A stretch of DNA of 64,000 nucleotides. It comes from Paramecium tetraurelia. Taxonomy: Eukaryota. Under the pieces are notes generated by a model. The model ran no database searches, was not told the DNA's origin, and saw only the letters and a program-made list of their open reading frames with translations. Shown here piece by piece: positions 26,941 through 41,746 of the stretch. The stretch covers positions 176,835 to 240,834 of the forward strand of contig CT868028.1 of NCBI GenBank assembly GCA_000165425.1. The letters run 5' to 3'. The translations under genes and the position numbers were made by a program. Within the stretch, counting starts at the first letter, position 1. Each line of letters opens with the position of its first letter.

Positions 26941-29900
26941 TCAACCAAATCCATATCCTTCTAATCCAATTGTGAAGGCGATATCTAATTTTTATTTCAA
27001 TTGTCCATAGTTTGCATACAATGGGACTTCAATTGATTTAAAGCATGTGTGAGCTAGAGGCAATTTTCTAGTGTCCAGGTTATTCTTGAATTCAACTGAT
27101 ATAATATATTAACTTTAATCAAATGGAATAGCAGAGGAACCTAAAGGTGGATTAATAAAATTAAGTACCAGTAATGAACTTTAACATGTTCTTTAATGTT
27201 AATGAATCAGCTTGGTTGACGTAGGTTTCAAAATAAGATTTGTGATTTGCCTTGCCTCCAGAATATGTTATTTTTTGTAAGATAACTTCTGGCTTGATCT
27301 CAAGTAATCCTTGTGTGAACAATGATATCTCAGAAGGTCTAAGCCATTTTTGGAAAATCTTAAAAAATAATCTTAATTTAAATTACATTTAAATCGACAA
27401 CAGATGTAAATCCTTCAATAAATGATTTATAGATGTCTTTGAATTATTTGTAGATGATGTATTCAGCAGTTTTGTCTAAATACTAGTGCACGTTTTTTGA
27501 AGTCACAGCCGTGGAAGATCCATTTGGAATTAGTTCAATGGTGGAATTACCTAATTAATAGGTAAAATCTAAGTAGAGAGATTCAATAGTTTCTGAATTC
27601 ATGCTACTGAGATTAGCATAATTGGAGTATGTTTATTTATCCCATATTAGGTACAAGTCTTCAAAGACGATCTTCTCATTATACACAACTTTCCAAAATG
27701 GGCTTATTATATCAATGCCGATCAAATAAGTATTGGCGATTGCATTAGCAATTAACTATTATTTAAATTAGATTGATACCTTTCCAAATAGTAGAGCGTA
27801 ATCTTTTTTATTTTTAATCCTGTTGAAATTACTATGTAGAAAATATTTTCCAAGATTGCCTTAAACTGGCTAGAAGAATTTATAGGTGTCGTCTTTTAGA
27901 GTGTTGCCTATCATATCATAAAATTCTCTCTTAAGACCTCCAGCATCAATACCAGGTTCATCCTAAAATGTAATACTGAAATTGAAATTCATTTTCTTGT
28001 CTGTTAATTCTAGCAAATCCTTCAAGAAATTCAATCTTCTAATCTTTAAAGAATAGGGAGTTGACTTGAAACTTTTGTCTAGTTCAGCTTCAAAATTCTT
28101 TTTTCTTTTTTCTAAACAAATCCCTGAAATCCTAATTGGTTTCACTTTTAAAATACTATTATAAAATCATACCTAATTTTTTTTCATTGTTGATCAAAAA
28201 TTGAATTTCAGTTTATAGTTCATTTATCTCTACACTCTGAGGGATGAAATGAGCCTTTGCATTTATGGATCCACTCTTCTACAAGTTTTAGTAAATGACT
28301 GCTAGCATCACCTCTTTAGGTGCAACGACTTCACATTTGCAATCCAAATACAAATCGTTTTCAATATCACCGTATATATTTGAATAGGCATCCTTTATTT
28401 AAAATGCGAATGGGATATCCTCATAAAATGGTATAGTGTGCAATTCTTGAGGAAGCTCTATTACACTTTCCAATAGATTAGGCGCATTAGCCAATATAAC
28501 GAACCTACCCTTGACTCGAACGTCGTCTATATACAGTTTATAGACACCTTTAAAAGTTGGAGTCCAAGTTAGATGCAATTAAAAATTTTCTTCCTTTTAC
28601 TTTGGAACGTATTGAATTTAATTAAATAGGGAGTGCACAAAAACAACGGAGGTATAGGAGAAACATATGACTTGATTTCCCAAGCTATCCTTAAATTCCA
28701 TACTATCGATTCTTTCTTATCCTGCTCTAGATGCTGCTTGGATTTCCTATTTGCTTAGCATATTAATTGTATTGCCTACTTGTAACTCCTTAGAATGAGT
28801 TAGTGGTTCGCATGATTTGTGGTACAGCTCCCCATCGGCTTTTGAGCTTGAGTTTTTTAATAGGAGTTTCAACATCTTGGCATCTCCAAATCCAAAAGGC
28901 ACCTATTCCTCTTATTCAAACTCAATATCCTTCTCCAATCCTTCTATTGCAACCTTCACATGAGAAGTCTTACTCAAATCTTAAGTGTGTTTTGTATAGA
29001 ACGAAAATTCTATTGCATCATCAAATTCTTCTTCAATCATAGACATTCTATTTTGTTAAGAACTTAACTTGATAGTTACAATCTTATCACTATAAAATTC
29101 AACCAAGATCGTCTGATTAGTTATGAATTTATATGAAATTTATAGCTTCTCCTTCTTTTTGTCCTTCTTAATTAAATTCTACAGATTGGTTTTTAATTTA
29201 CCTTTTTCTACTTCAATTTTGCTTAATTGAGGTTCAATTGCCTTATTGGAATCCAAATCTAGTATTAATAGATACTGAGAATTGCTAATGACTTACAAAT
29301 GCTAAGATTGATCCATATAGCCACTTATTAGTAGTTTGTGAGTGCAAAATATAACAGTTTGGAAGACTTGAAAAGTTTGATCCACCTTGAAGATGAGGTA
29401 GAGTTAATCAACCTCCTCAGGATCTATGTTATCCAAATTTTATAACCTCCCTTTATTTATATTATACACTTGCACTTCAACATTTTGATGGTTTTCAATT
29501 CCACTTAATAGTGCTCTAGGTTTAATATCAAAATGATTTAGAATTACATCATCTCCAATGTATTTGATTTTTTCATTATACCTATTGCTTAGATAAAACT
29601 GTTTATTATTAAGGTAATCCAAGAAGAAATCGCAGATATTGAAATCACTGAAAGTTTCATAATTGAGTATTACATGAGACCCATCCTGATCGAATTGATA
29701 GATTGTGTTCTTAAATTAACTCTTGATTTCATTCTATGAGAGAATGGACATTTTCAATTTAATATTCTTGTCACTCAATTTCAACAATATGAATAGATAC
29801 TTTGCCAATAAAATTATATCAACTACTGTTTTGATGTTTTCAATTTGAATGTCTCCAACTTATTATATATGGAAATTTTCTTCTGTAAAATAGGAGTCAA

Positions 29901-32900
29901 CCTTATAGACTTAGAATTTCAGAATCAAATTGAACAAAAATTGGGCAATCTACCCTTAGTCTGGCACTTAGGCAGCATCATTCTCGTCTATAAGGGTATA
30001 GCACTTTAAAGTTCGATTTTCATATTGAATTAATGGTTTTTGATTGTCATAGGTTTTTTCAAAAATAAATTCAATCTTTTCAATGAATGTCTTAATGAAA
30101 TCTATTTTTATTTTTTGAACTGATTCGATGTCGAATATATGCTGCAATGAATTATTTATCTTTGGATAAGAGTACCCTTCCTTGAAATTTTAATAACCTG
30201 ATTAAAAGGCCTCGAAGATGGTTTATCCCACAAGGATACAATCTACATAGAACTCTGGATTTTAATTGAATTGATCATCAAAATTTAAGAAAACATTTGT
30301 TATTTCGCTATTTTTCTTAAGGAATTTATTGAAGGTTTTCAGTGCTTATTGAGCTATTTCATTGGTTTCAAAGTGACAAGCGATATTGACAGTTGCAATC
30401 TCAATTTAATCGAGTTTAAACTTGTCTCCATTGATTCGAACAAAAACATTTTATCCCTAAACTAAAGATTGTTATTTCTTCAACTGATGCATGGCAGTAA
30501 AATCGAAATTGATTTAATCAGGAAAGATGGGTGTCAATTAAGTTAGACTCAAATCACTATAAGTGGATACCAAACCAACTCCAAAGAGGTTATCAAGCAT
30601 TTCTTATTTGGTGAATTCATCCTACTCGCATTAAATTTAACTCATAATAGTCAAGAATTTTGGTTCATTGCAAATTGAAATGCAGCCATCTTGATCAGTG
30701 AAAAATACATTCAAGATTGACGCATTAAAGACAGGATCTGATGGCCAGATTGGTTGAAATAATACAATTGACATTAAGTCTTCAATTTGAACATATCTTA
30801 ATTCTTTGGAGGATGCTGTAATTCCAGAATATTTTTGTTGTTTTCTAGTGATTTTCTCATGCGTTAAGAGTTCGTCATTCATAGAATCTATTTTTTGAAA
30901 TAATAAGTGTCCTGGTTTGGAATTGTAAACCAATTAACCTGGTTCTAAATTGTTTCTCTGATTCTCGCAGAAGATTAACATACAAACATCTCCCAATTTA
31001 CTATTATTTACATAATAATTCTTGGAGATCTAAAATCCAAAATGATACACAAGCCTTATATTACTCTTTTGAGTGAACGGACATAATTTCTCTAAAATCT
31101 TAGATTTCTATTTAAGTTGCAACTATCTTGTATTTGAGACAACTATGTTCATTAATGTTTGATTTTGTCTCAATGCAGATAAGAGACAGGATAATCTAAT
31201 ATTAAACATTTCATCAAATCTCTCAGCTTTCAATTGTCTTTGTAAAAAACTGTACAAGTCTTCTTTGAAATACTTGTTCAATTTTTATAAGATGTACCAA
31301 ATTTCCTCCATTTCCTTCAATCTATTCTTGCTATTCTTATTCTGATAGATCTTGGAGATTTCACTTGAGAAGATTGAGGCTAGAGATTAATGATCAACTG
31401 ACAAAGTAATAGTTTTGTTGAGAGTCTTGCTTAGTTGATTCGAATATTACAGCAAATGTCGATCGACATCCAATTTATTGAACAAGTATTAAATTAGCTA
31501 TTCTGGATTGAATATTTAATTATAGAAATCATATTCGTTTATGATGTTATGGAAATATTCCTAGATAAATGGATCTTACTTAAACACACTTTTATTCCTC
31601 TAATAAATCTAAGGAGCACTTTCCACTTATTGAATTTTTTATTATCTCTGACTGGCTGTTACAATGTTCAATCTAATGATCAGGATGTGATTGTAAAGTA
31701 GATAAGTGGTATTTCCAAATTAGAAGATTCTGTCCAACCCTTGCTTTTGATCATTCTCCACAAATTAAATCCCTTGTTATTCATTGAATTCAACATAAAC
31801 ACCTCTGATCACCTTTAACACTTATTATGCTTTTATCAAATTGTTATAGAGTAATTAGTGCAAAATCATGATCAATGTATCCCAACTGAACACTTGTTCA
31901 AAGATTGAATATATGTTAATTATTTTATATGAAACTTATTACAGTTCAACCAATTTACTCACTATTACTTCTAAGAATGAGATTGTATTTATTCTCCAGA
32001 CCAATTTACTATTATCTTCATTTCTCCCTAGTAATTATTGTACTTTTTCTATAAATCCAACCATTTTAGTAAGTATCATCTAAATATTGTATGTTGAAAA
32101 TAATTAATCTTAAAACACAAAGTGTTAATTTTTAATATAAAATGGAAATTCCAATCTCCAATCTTGCTATTATTTCTATTCAATTAAAGTGCTTAGATAT
32201 TCATTATATTTATAAAAATCTTAAATTATTATTGAAATTACAGCATCCCCATTATAATTAGCAATGAATTCCTCTTCTGATAATTTTACTAAATTAATTA
32301 TTACTTGTGGTTGAATGAAATTATAGAACTCAGCAAATATTAGCTCTTTCTAATTTTTCTATTTCTTTTACTGTCTAACCTAATAGGTATTATCAGGCAA
32401 CAGCTCAAACATAAATTGGAAATCTTCCTTCATAATTTACTATTGATTCATATGTGATTATCTCTGCATCTGATTCCCCTATGACACACCCATCTGACTC
32501 TGACTCTAATGAATTAAAGATGGAGGTTGTCCCTGGGTTTGAAATAGCTGCATATCAGTTTATCGAATTTACTCATGCTAATGAGGAGCAAACACATCAT
32601 CTATTTGATAAATACCAACTTTTTCAAATTATTATTCCATAAGCTCCTTGAAGAACAAACACTTCTCAAACACATTCTCCTTTGCATTTGCAATGATCTC
32701 ACTAAAGTCAACGGTCGTGATCGAACTGAAATCAAAACTCTTCAAATTCTCTTAGACTTCTTGATATTGTATTAATTCTATATCTATATTCATCTAATAA
32801 TTCGCTATCTTGAGTTGTGGAATAGCTTAAGCAATCTTTTCCTCAGATAAGTAAAATCCTTCATCCAATTATTGAAGTGGAATGATGAAACCAACGTCCT

Positions 32901-35900
32901 CGTATGTTATCTACTAGTCTCCAAATACAATGTATACATTTTTCTTAAAATTATTCATAGTAGTGATCTCCTCACTCAATCTATCAATAAATCCTTTCAT
33001 GATTTGATTAATTTATTAGATACATATTATACCTCTTAAGATAGCTAATTCCTTGGACTTCTCATTTTCTAAAATTTATTCAAAATAAGAAATTTCTTTA
33101 AATTGATAATCTTTATTTAATTGCGAGAATAAGAAAGTCTTACTGTTCTCAGTAAGATATGGTTTTTACTATTTGGTTTTGCATTCCAGCTTAACAAGAA
33201 TCGAATAAATTTCCACAACAACTTTTAATTATTATGATTTAGAAACCCATTCTTAATATTCGTCCTTTTGAATGCACATTAATAAATAAAAGGCATAGAG
33301 AATACTTTTGTGTATCTAATCTCTGCTACGATTTTGAACTGGTTTATCATCTCCTTCCTATCCTTAAATTTCATCAGCCATTTTATCTGCTATTTCATCA
33401 GCCATTTCATCAACCATTTTATCTGCCATATCATCTGTAACCTCCTCATGCTTATCCTCCACATTTTCCTAATTCTACTCCACATTTTGTGAGACGTTGT
33501 TCTCCTCGTTTTTGTTCTCACTTTAGTTTTAGCTTCTCTATTCATTCTCAATCTGATTTTCAACCTTTGTACTTTTCTTTTATTTTTGACTTCTTCTTCG
33601 GTCTTATTATTTTTCGAGTTCTATATATGCCTGATATTGAGATTCTACATATTCAAACAATTCAGGAGTTTAATATAAAGCTTAATTCAGAACAATAACT
33701 GTTGAAATGGTTAGAACCTCTGGGCTAGTAAGTTGAAGGAATAACTTAGGGTTTATAGTAGCTATTTCATTAAAAATTGGATGTTAATATATTAGATATT
33801 TCTGACATTCTCGAAGAAGATTCTCATATAAGCCCTGTTCCATTTAATAAGATCCGTCAGGTTGTTTATATTCCAATAAGACCTATTTGAGAAAAAGAGG
33901 ATTATAATGATATTAATCTAAAATCTTCCATTTGTCCAGAGCCATCTATATAGTTAAAGCTTTGCTGCTAAAACAATAAACATCATTCAAATTCAACACA
34001 AAATTGATGCAAGCTTGTTCATATGAGATTAGTTATACTATTTATTAGCGTCGACTGTCTAGAAGTTTATCTTAATGAATCCCATAAAGTTAATTTTCAC
34101 ATATCTTAGCCTTCATCTCAAAGCACTGAGATTTGAATTCTAAGCAAGCTAAAGGAAGATGTTTTTAGTACAATTCAATAAATTTAGATAGAGGAGTGTT
34201 GTTATTTTAAGATTTATTTTAAATGAAGTAATTGACATCGTAATGTTGAATGAATTGTAAATGTTCCTTAGTTATGACATCCTCACAATAATTCAGAATA
34301 AAATAATTTTTCCTCATTAAGGCTAGACCTAAGATGTCTTAGTTCTCAGTGCCTCCAATAACAATTCGTAATTCATCTTTTAAAATTTGAAGAGCCTTTT
34401 CTTACCCATGTATTTGTATCATGAATGATAAATAGATTTCTTCAAATAATTTCTGTCTTCTCATGAGCATTAAGTAATATAAAATAGGTTGATTATCAAT
34501 TTAGAAAATTCTGTTGGTTTATTTGACCTAGTCTTTAATGTATTTATTGAAGAACTTAATCACAAGATTGTCATTGAAATTGCCTAGAATAATCAATTAA
34601 AAGAGATTCTATTCAAAGGCAAGTTTATTTGGTTGTTGATGAAGTTGTATAGTGTAAAGAATAGTCTCCATATTTCCACTAATAAGAGCAAGAACCAAGT
34701 TCTCATAACTAAATTATGGTTTCTATAGGATGTGATTATGTTTACCAAAAACCAAGTACACTTATTCTGGTTTTAATTTTTTTAAGTTTGCCCCAACTCC
34801 ACTAACAAATCGAGAGTAGAACTGCATTCTTTTCTCAAACTTCTTACAGGATACATCGTATTATGAGGTTGGCAAAAGGTTCACTTCATTTTTAGCATAG
34901 AACTAAGTAGCTTTATTGAATTTGAGTTCCAATAATCCTTTATACTTCTTTTTCATTATAGGTACCAATTTGATATTCTGATATTTCATATTCATAATGA
35001 TGTAATCCAAATCATCGTTGCTTGGATCATATTTCTGCTCTTCACATATAAATTGAGATACAAATAATTCCAGCATCTGAGGGCGTATATTTCTAAAATT
35101 ATTCTTCACATATTTGTTAAGCGAGGTTGTACAATTTGCTTTCAATAATTCGATATATTCTTTGGATTTATGCTTTAAAAACTTAGGTCCTGCCTATTTT
35201 AATAAAATTTGGTTGACCAATATTTCTACCAATTACTCTTTTTATTGAACCTACTATTTATTTGGATATCTCAGAGCATACATTCTTTCATAAAATGGGG
35301 ATTTTTAAATCAAATTTTTTTGATTAGCCCATTTTTAGACTAACTCAAAACATTTATCATAGTTTTATAATTGTGAATACTAACTAGATTGAAATAAACT
35401 GGAATAATTTTAATTTTATTTTGAATATGCTTAATTTTATGCATAAAGTAATTAATATTCCTATTTCTAAATGTATTCAATCCTTTTAACTGGATGATTA
35501 ATTATTTTCTTCGATTACTCAAATTATTGCTGTGCTCTATTAATAAACATTTGCATAGGATCCTTTTATTTTAATTGTTTCCTCTCCAAAGTATATGTGT
35601 GATTTTAACTGAAAAAATAGTACCTCTCCACTTCATTCAATTTATGAAACTCAGCATCTAAAAAGTCTCCCTAACGATCCTTCAGTGATTCATTATAAGG
35701 TTAAACATTAGCCTCTATTAACATAGTAGCAATGAGTTCACAAAAATTGTCTTTTTCTTAGATTTACTCGAATGGACCGATTAATTAACTCAAAATTTCA
35801 ACTTTCTCATGTAAACCATTTCTTAAACATTACAAAAAGTCATTTTATAGTTTTATTTTTTCAAATTTGTTTTATTTTACATATTTTTGGTATTGTTGTA

Positions 35901-38900
35901 AATTGAGCACCAAACAAGGACTATGTCGAAGTGCTAAAATATAATTATTATATTCAGAATCGACGCTAAACTAATTTCCCAACATAAAGTTCATTTTATA
36001 TGAGTTTTTCTCTGGATCCTTGTCCAAAAATCCCAACAGGCGATTTAACGAATCTTAATCTCTATTATTATAAGCCTTCATATAAAAATGATGAATTATT
36101 TGTATTCTATCTCTCAATTCTTACTTTTTAAGGCCTTCCTATAGAATATCTATAGCCTTAGATGGATTCTAATTGAAACGCAATAACAACAATGCTCTCA
36201 TCACAATTTTAGATTCATCTGCTTTATTTAAGAGCTAAACTCTTTTTATCATGGGAAATATCATTTCTTGATCTTTACAACATACTCTAATCAATAATTT
36301 TTTCAAATTCGCCAATATATCCAGTGGTATATCATTCAATATTGCAGACTTTACTTCCCTATCGCCACAAGAATTCATAACCTCTATTATTTCAAACAAT
36401 TTCATTCCTTAAAAGTTTAACTTAAGTTTCTGATAGGATTTAAGATTTATGACAGAGTAAAGATGGCAATTTCTTAGGAGACTTAATTCCTTTCTAGTTT
36501 CATCTTCAGTGTAATCTAAATTTTCAAAAAGCTATAATAAGTTGTCATTAAATTATTCAATATCCTCTTTGTTTTTCTTAGGCTTCCAATCCAAAGGGAA
36601 AAAGTTCTCAGCCAAAAAAGATGCCAAAACCTTTCTAGAAGTCTCGGTAATCTTTAAGACATGATTTAAGCTCTCAAATGATTTATTTTAAACAATATCT
36701 CTGAATGATAATTCCGAAATTACCCATTCATATATTAAGGATTAAGGATAGAGTTATGTTAAATCGTCGTAACACTCCTTTATTGTGATTAAGGATGCCA
36801 AAAACGGTTTCTTATTCTTTATAGTATACAAGGCAGCCTTCTCTTTGTAATTCTTTGGAATTGGGTATTCTTTCAGAGGAGATATGAAATTTACATACAT
36901 ACCACCCATCTCCCAGTTATAGATGTTTTCAAGTTGATCTTCTTTCATTTTAAAGATGGTACAATTTATGTTTCTTTGGTTTTCTTGATCTTCTAAAATG
37001 GCTTGAAGAAAGTTGAAGTCGAATTTTATGTTTTTTGCATTAATGAAGAGCGAGGAAGTCCAACGTTTAGAACTAACATAAATATCAAAATAATCATCCA
37101 AAAGATGCAAACCTTTTGGGAATCTGCCAAAGTTATCGTTGAAGTCTAGTTTACTTAGAGTTTGGACATTCAATTCTTAATTACTATTACACAATTTATC
37201 AAACAAACTCTCGTTCTTTATCTAATACTCAAAACATTTTATCTTCAAGAATTAGAGAAATTCCTTAAAATTATAAGTGGGACCATCCTGAATATCAACC
37301 GCCTTCAAAACTAAAAACACTCTTATCTAATTGATTATGGGTTTAACTCTATTAATCCTTTTGACCTTCTTTTGGGTAGGTTTGTCTGACTTTTACTAAT
37401 TGTTTCTATTATCACTTCTATTAGATGTCTACTTATAGGTCACTTGACTTGAAGGTTCAGTACGGATTTTCTCTTCTGTTGTATGGATAAGGTTGTAATA
37501 ATTTTTATCATTAATCACATCTTTGCAAGGTTAATCAAACTTTTGCTTTATGACCCTACCTTAATGTTCTTTAAGAGAGGGATTTTCTTATTAGAAATTA
37601 GCAACGAAAGTGATATTTCTATAAATTTCGTTTATAATTTCGTCATCTATTAATAATAGTTTGTTATTAAGATAGAATTTACGAAGTATTTAAAAACCAA
37701 CCAATTCATTTTTTTGAAATTCTAACCCATTAACTTTATAACATGACTCGAATGCCTTATCATTCAAATCTACAAGTTGAGTATAAATACAATCAAAGTA
37801 ATATAATTGCTATTTCGATCTACTATCTTTAAAGCCATAAATGGAGTTATTCAACTTAGATCTTGCATCGAAATACCCATGTAAAGGAGTCTTCAACAAT
37901 TAAGGATTTGAGCTAATTGTTTATTTAATATATTCAATAATGGGGGTTAATTGAGATCTATCCGATGCAAACTTAATTATTTAGATTAATTTCGATATGA
38001 ATTATGATTGTATATTGATTTCATTATCATTATTATCAATTTATTATTTTTAATAATTGGGCTTTATTAATTCGACTTACTTCTTAACCAAATCAAAGTA
38101 ATCAAATTAAATCAGTTAAATCAATAACGGTCTCACGATGCCACTAAATTCGTATGGATAATGTGTTGAATGCACATCAAAATTATTAATCCAACTTAAA
38201 TTGATTTTGAATTTATGCTTTATCACTTATTTCGCAACTTAAATGTACTAATAATAAACCTTATCATATTATGAAAAGTTCTATTCTTCATAACCTTGAA
38301 TTCTTAATCTTTGAGGTGTTTTGTTATTTTGCATTGATTGAAAGTATAATGAGGAGGGGTTGATCCTTTAATCTTTCCAATCTTATTTATTTCTTTCAAA
38401 TGCGGATTTTAGAACATTACAATAAATTTGATAAAAATCAAACTCCTTTTAGACATGCTAACTTAAGAATGTAATGAAAAACTCTTGAGGTTCCTTCCAG
38501 TAATCCAAATAAGTGACTAAGGGAATCTACTCATTATAGGGTTAGACTAATAAATCTTTTAACAAATCTTAATATTAGTTTAAACTATCAATAAGGGATT
38601 TGATTTCCTCAATAGATCTTTTAGATGTATTAAGGCATAAACAATGTATTAAGTTTTTTCCATTCCTTTTATAGAAATGTAATGCCTTTTCTAAAGTGTC
38701 TGGATATAAGGTGATATATTCATTGATAACACTGATGGGTGCATTTTAGAATAACATCATCATTGGAGTCACTTAAGTAATGTCGGGCATTAGATAATAA
38801 TCATTAGAATATTGCATAAACATATCCCATTTATTTTAGAGCGCAATTTAATGAAAGATGCTAAATTACAGTTCTAACAAAATAGCCTTGTCAAGAATTC

Positions 38901-39935
38901 TGACAGTATTTAGTCCCAATGGTATACATTTAGGAACACTCAAGTTTTAAAATCTGAGATACTTTTTGGCCTCTCGATACAATTCTACAAATCTCTTAAA
39001 ACAACCATCACTTTTTATAAGGAGTTTGCTTATCAATCCAAACAATTTCAATTAATCTTAATTCTTTAGATCTACATAGGAATCAATATTAGTAAATTCC
39101 AGTTCATGTAATATGCGCACTACTTCTTCGGAGTGGAAGATTGATTAAATGAATTATATGGACTATTGCAGTTGTTCCTTACTACTAAAAAATGGCTTCA
39201 ATTTGTTAATCAATCGATGAGCAGTAGTTTGTAATATCTATCCATCTGGCAACTAATGATTGAGTAGAACATGTTGAATGATTTCGAAATCATTGACGTA
39301 AATCAGGATCAATTCGATTAAGTAATAATTTTATTGGTTCTTTAAAGATATGACGTCTATCAGGGTCTTGTTATATTTTTGGCAAATTTCCTTAAATGTA
39401 TTAAGAATTGGCTTACATTCAATGAATCTAAATTTAATTGCTTGTTGTGAAGTAATATTTCCACTTCCAGAACTATATTCATTTATTCCTCGTTGTAATC
39501 ATAATACTAAGACTTGAACTTTTTCTTTAGGTTTATTAGATACTGTTTAACTTCTAAAAAATTAACAATTATTATACTTGGCTTAGAACTGCTCTTTAAC
39601 TCTATTTCATTCTCTTCTTGCTACTTAGCTATTTACTTTTATTTCTCAAGTTGTTTTCTTTCTCTCGTTGTAAGGCCATCTTCATCAACACCTTCAATTC
39701 TAAACTAGATTGGCTTCATTTTTAGAGGTATCACAACCATGCCGATTCTATCCTATTTCTGATTTTCATTAATGATATCACGATCATCTTCATCATTTTG
39801 ATTTTATTGCGTTTATATTTATTATTTATCTTCCTCCTTATTTCCTTATGATTACTCCGTGTGAATTCTCTACTGATCTGGCTTGTGATTTGAAGGCAAG
39901 GAAATTTAACTTGCAGCGCTGGCACAACAACCCAT
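26941..39935 (-). CDS. Giant HECT E3 ubiquitin ligase (~4,250-4,300 aa)
   Basis: Starts MGCCASAA; no in-frame TGA found from 39390 to 28173; HECT motifs DEPGIDAGGLKREF and LPLAHTCF..GYGFG-TGA; introns 39554-39577, 39391-39416, 28145-28172 and three more inside HECT. Confidence 0.85.
33368..33435 (-). repeat. Imperfect 12-nt coding tandem repeat inside the HECT gene
   Basis: Repeated tcatcagccatt/ttatctgccata units encode DMADKMVDEMADEIADKMADEI. Confidence 0.7.
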
Positions 39936-41746
39936 GATTATAGTAAATTATAATATTTAATATAATTTATTATTAAGATTGCCAAATAATTATGAAATAA
40001 TTCTGGTTATTTCTGGGAGGTCTAAATGTTTTGCATAAGCCAAAGCTTTAGTAATTCTCATATACTACCAACACTTATCATACTATGATTATGATTACCT
40101 AATATCCCTTTAATCTAGTTAAATGGGATAGTACCAGATTTGAATCAAAACTATTCCATTATTGTATGAATATAATGGTACAATATTCAGTCTGATTATT
40201 TTTATAACAGCAAAATAATAGAAATACTAAATTTCTACTTATTCTATCAGTCAATAATGTAAGACTATTCCTATTTGTTTGTCAATTATCTGCTAAAAAT
40301 AACCACTTTTTATGCTTATCTTTCAGCTTAACTGAATAGCAAAATGATGAAGTATGTTTAGATAATATAATTGCTATAATATAGATATGATGCTTCAAAA
40401 AAAAGAATTATTTCTTAAACCCTTTGATTCTAATCTAGTGTTCATTTAGATGAATAAATCAAAAAAAAAGATTCCAAAGATATAGCAAGAGAGAGTTGTG
40501 TTTTTTTCATTTAAAGGATCAGGTGTTAGATAAAACTAATTGAGTCTTGAGACTATTTTCTTTGAGAATCTTAATACTAGATGTAATATCAGCACCATCT
40601 GTTCTTCTCTACTTTGTTTTTGATTAATGACCTCATAACTCTCATTTTTTTTATTAATATATTCATTATATTAAAATTTATGTATTCAAATTTAGAAATT
40701 AGATCAAAATTTTCAATCTTAAGGTTTGGAAAAGAAAAGAATAAAAATGGTTGTTAGAATTGGAAGAGTTTAAGATTTATTTGAAAGCCTAAATGCAAAA
40801 TTGCTTCTATTAATTTTATGAGTAAATTAGATACATTTGAAAATAAAAAAGATAAGGAAATGAACCGCTCTCTTTCTATTACTTAATTTTAAGGAGGGAA
40901 TTACTACATATCAAAAATGCTATTGTATTGATAATTTAATATATATTAACTTATAAAATAAGAAAGAGTTATAGGGTTTTTAATCTATATTTGATGTATG
41001 GAAGATTGTGCTACTTTAGTTATGAAACAAGTAAGATGGTTGATGATTAAGTCATGAATACTATTACTGAATTAACTAAAAGAACTAAGGATATTTATCT
41101 ACAACCAATCTAATTATTATTAGAGTAGTTATTTCTTTTTGAAAGCTCTTGGTCTTGATGTTCTTATAACTATCTTATGGGTGAGAATATTACTACTTAA
41201 TTCAAATTTATATAAATATTTGGATGTTAAAGAATGTAATATAAAAGTAAGTGCTTAATATACTTTAACAATTTTAATTTATATAAATAATTAAAATCCC
41301 AAGCTGAATTATTTTTATGAGTATTGCATTCAAATAGAGTTCTAACTTGATATATGTATTCAATTCCTATATTTACTCATTATTATCATTGAAAATGCAC
41401 TAGAAAATATTATAATGTTTGATAACTAATATTATAAATTAAAAAAGTATTATCAAACTTAACAACTTTAATTCGCAAAACTTTATACGCAGAAGCGTAA
41501 GAAATAAATAAATTTAATTAATGTAAGTGTTTATGTCTACTTGAATCAAAATAATGTATTTTAATCTTCTTTGAGCTTACAGTATGTAATATTTGAGTTT
41601 TTTCCTGGATCTTATGGGATTCTGTAAATATGGAACGTTTGTGATTGTATACTGTTGTTCTCCGAAATAATATTTTTAAAATTTTGTCTTTATATTATAA
41701 TTGGATTACTTGGAACTTTAATTCATTTATATAAGAAAATAAATCA

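Noticed and set aside
28803..33698. Plus-strand track ORFs
   Set aside because: Antisense to the continuous HECT exon
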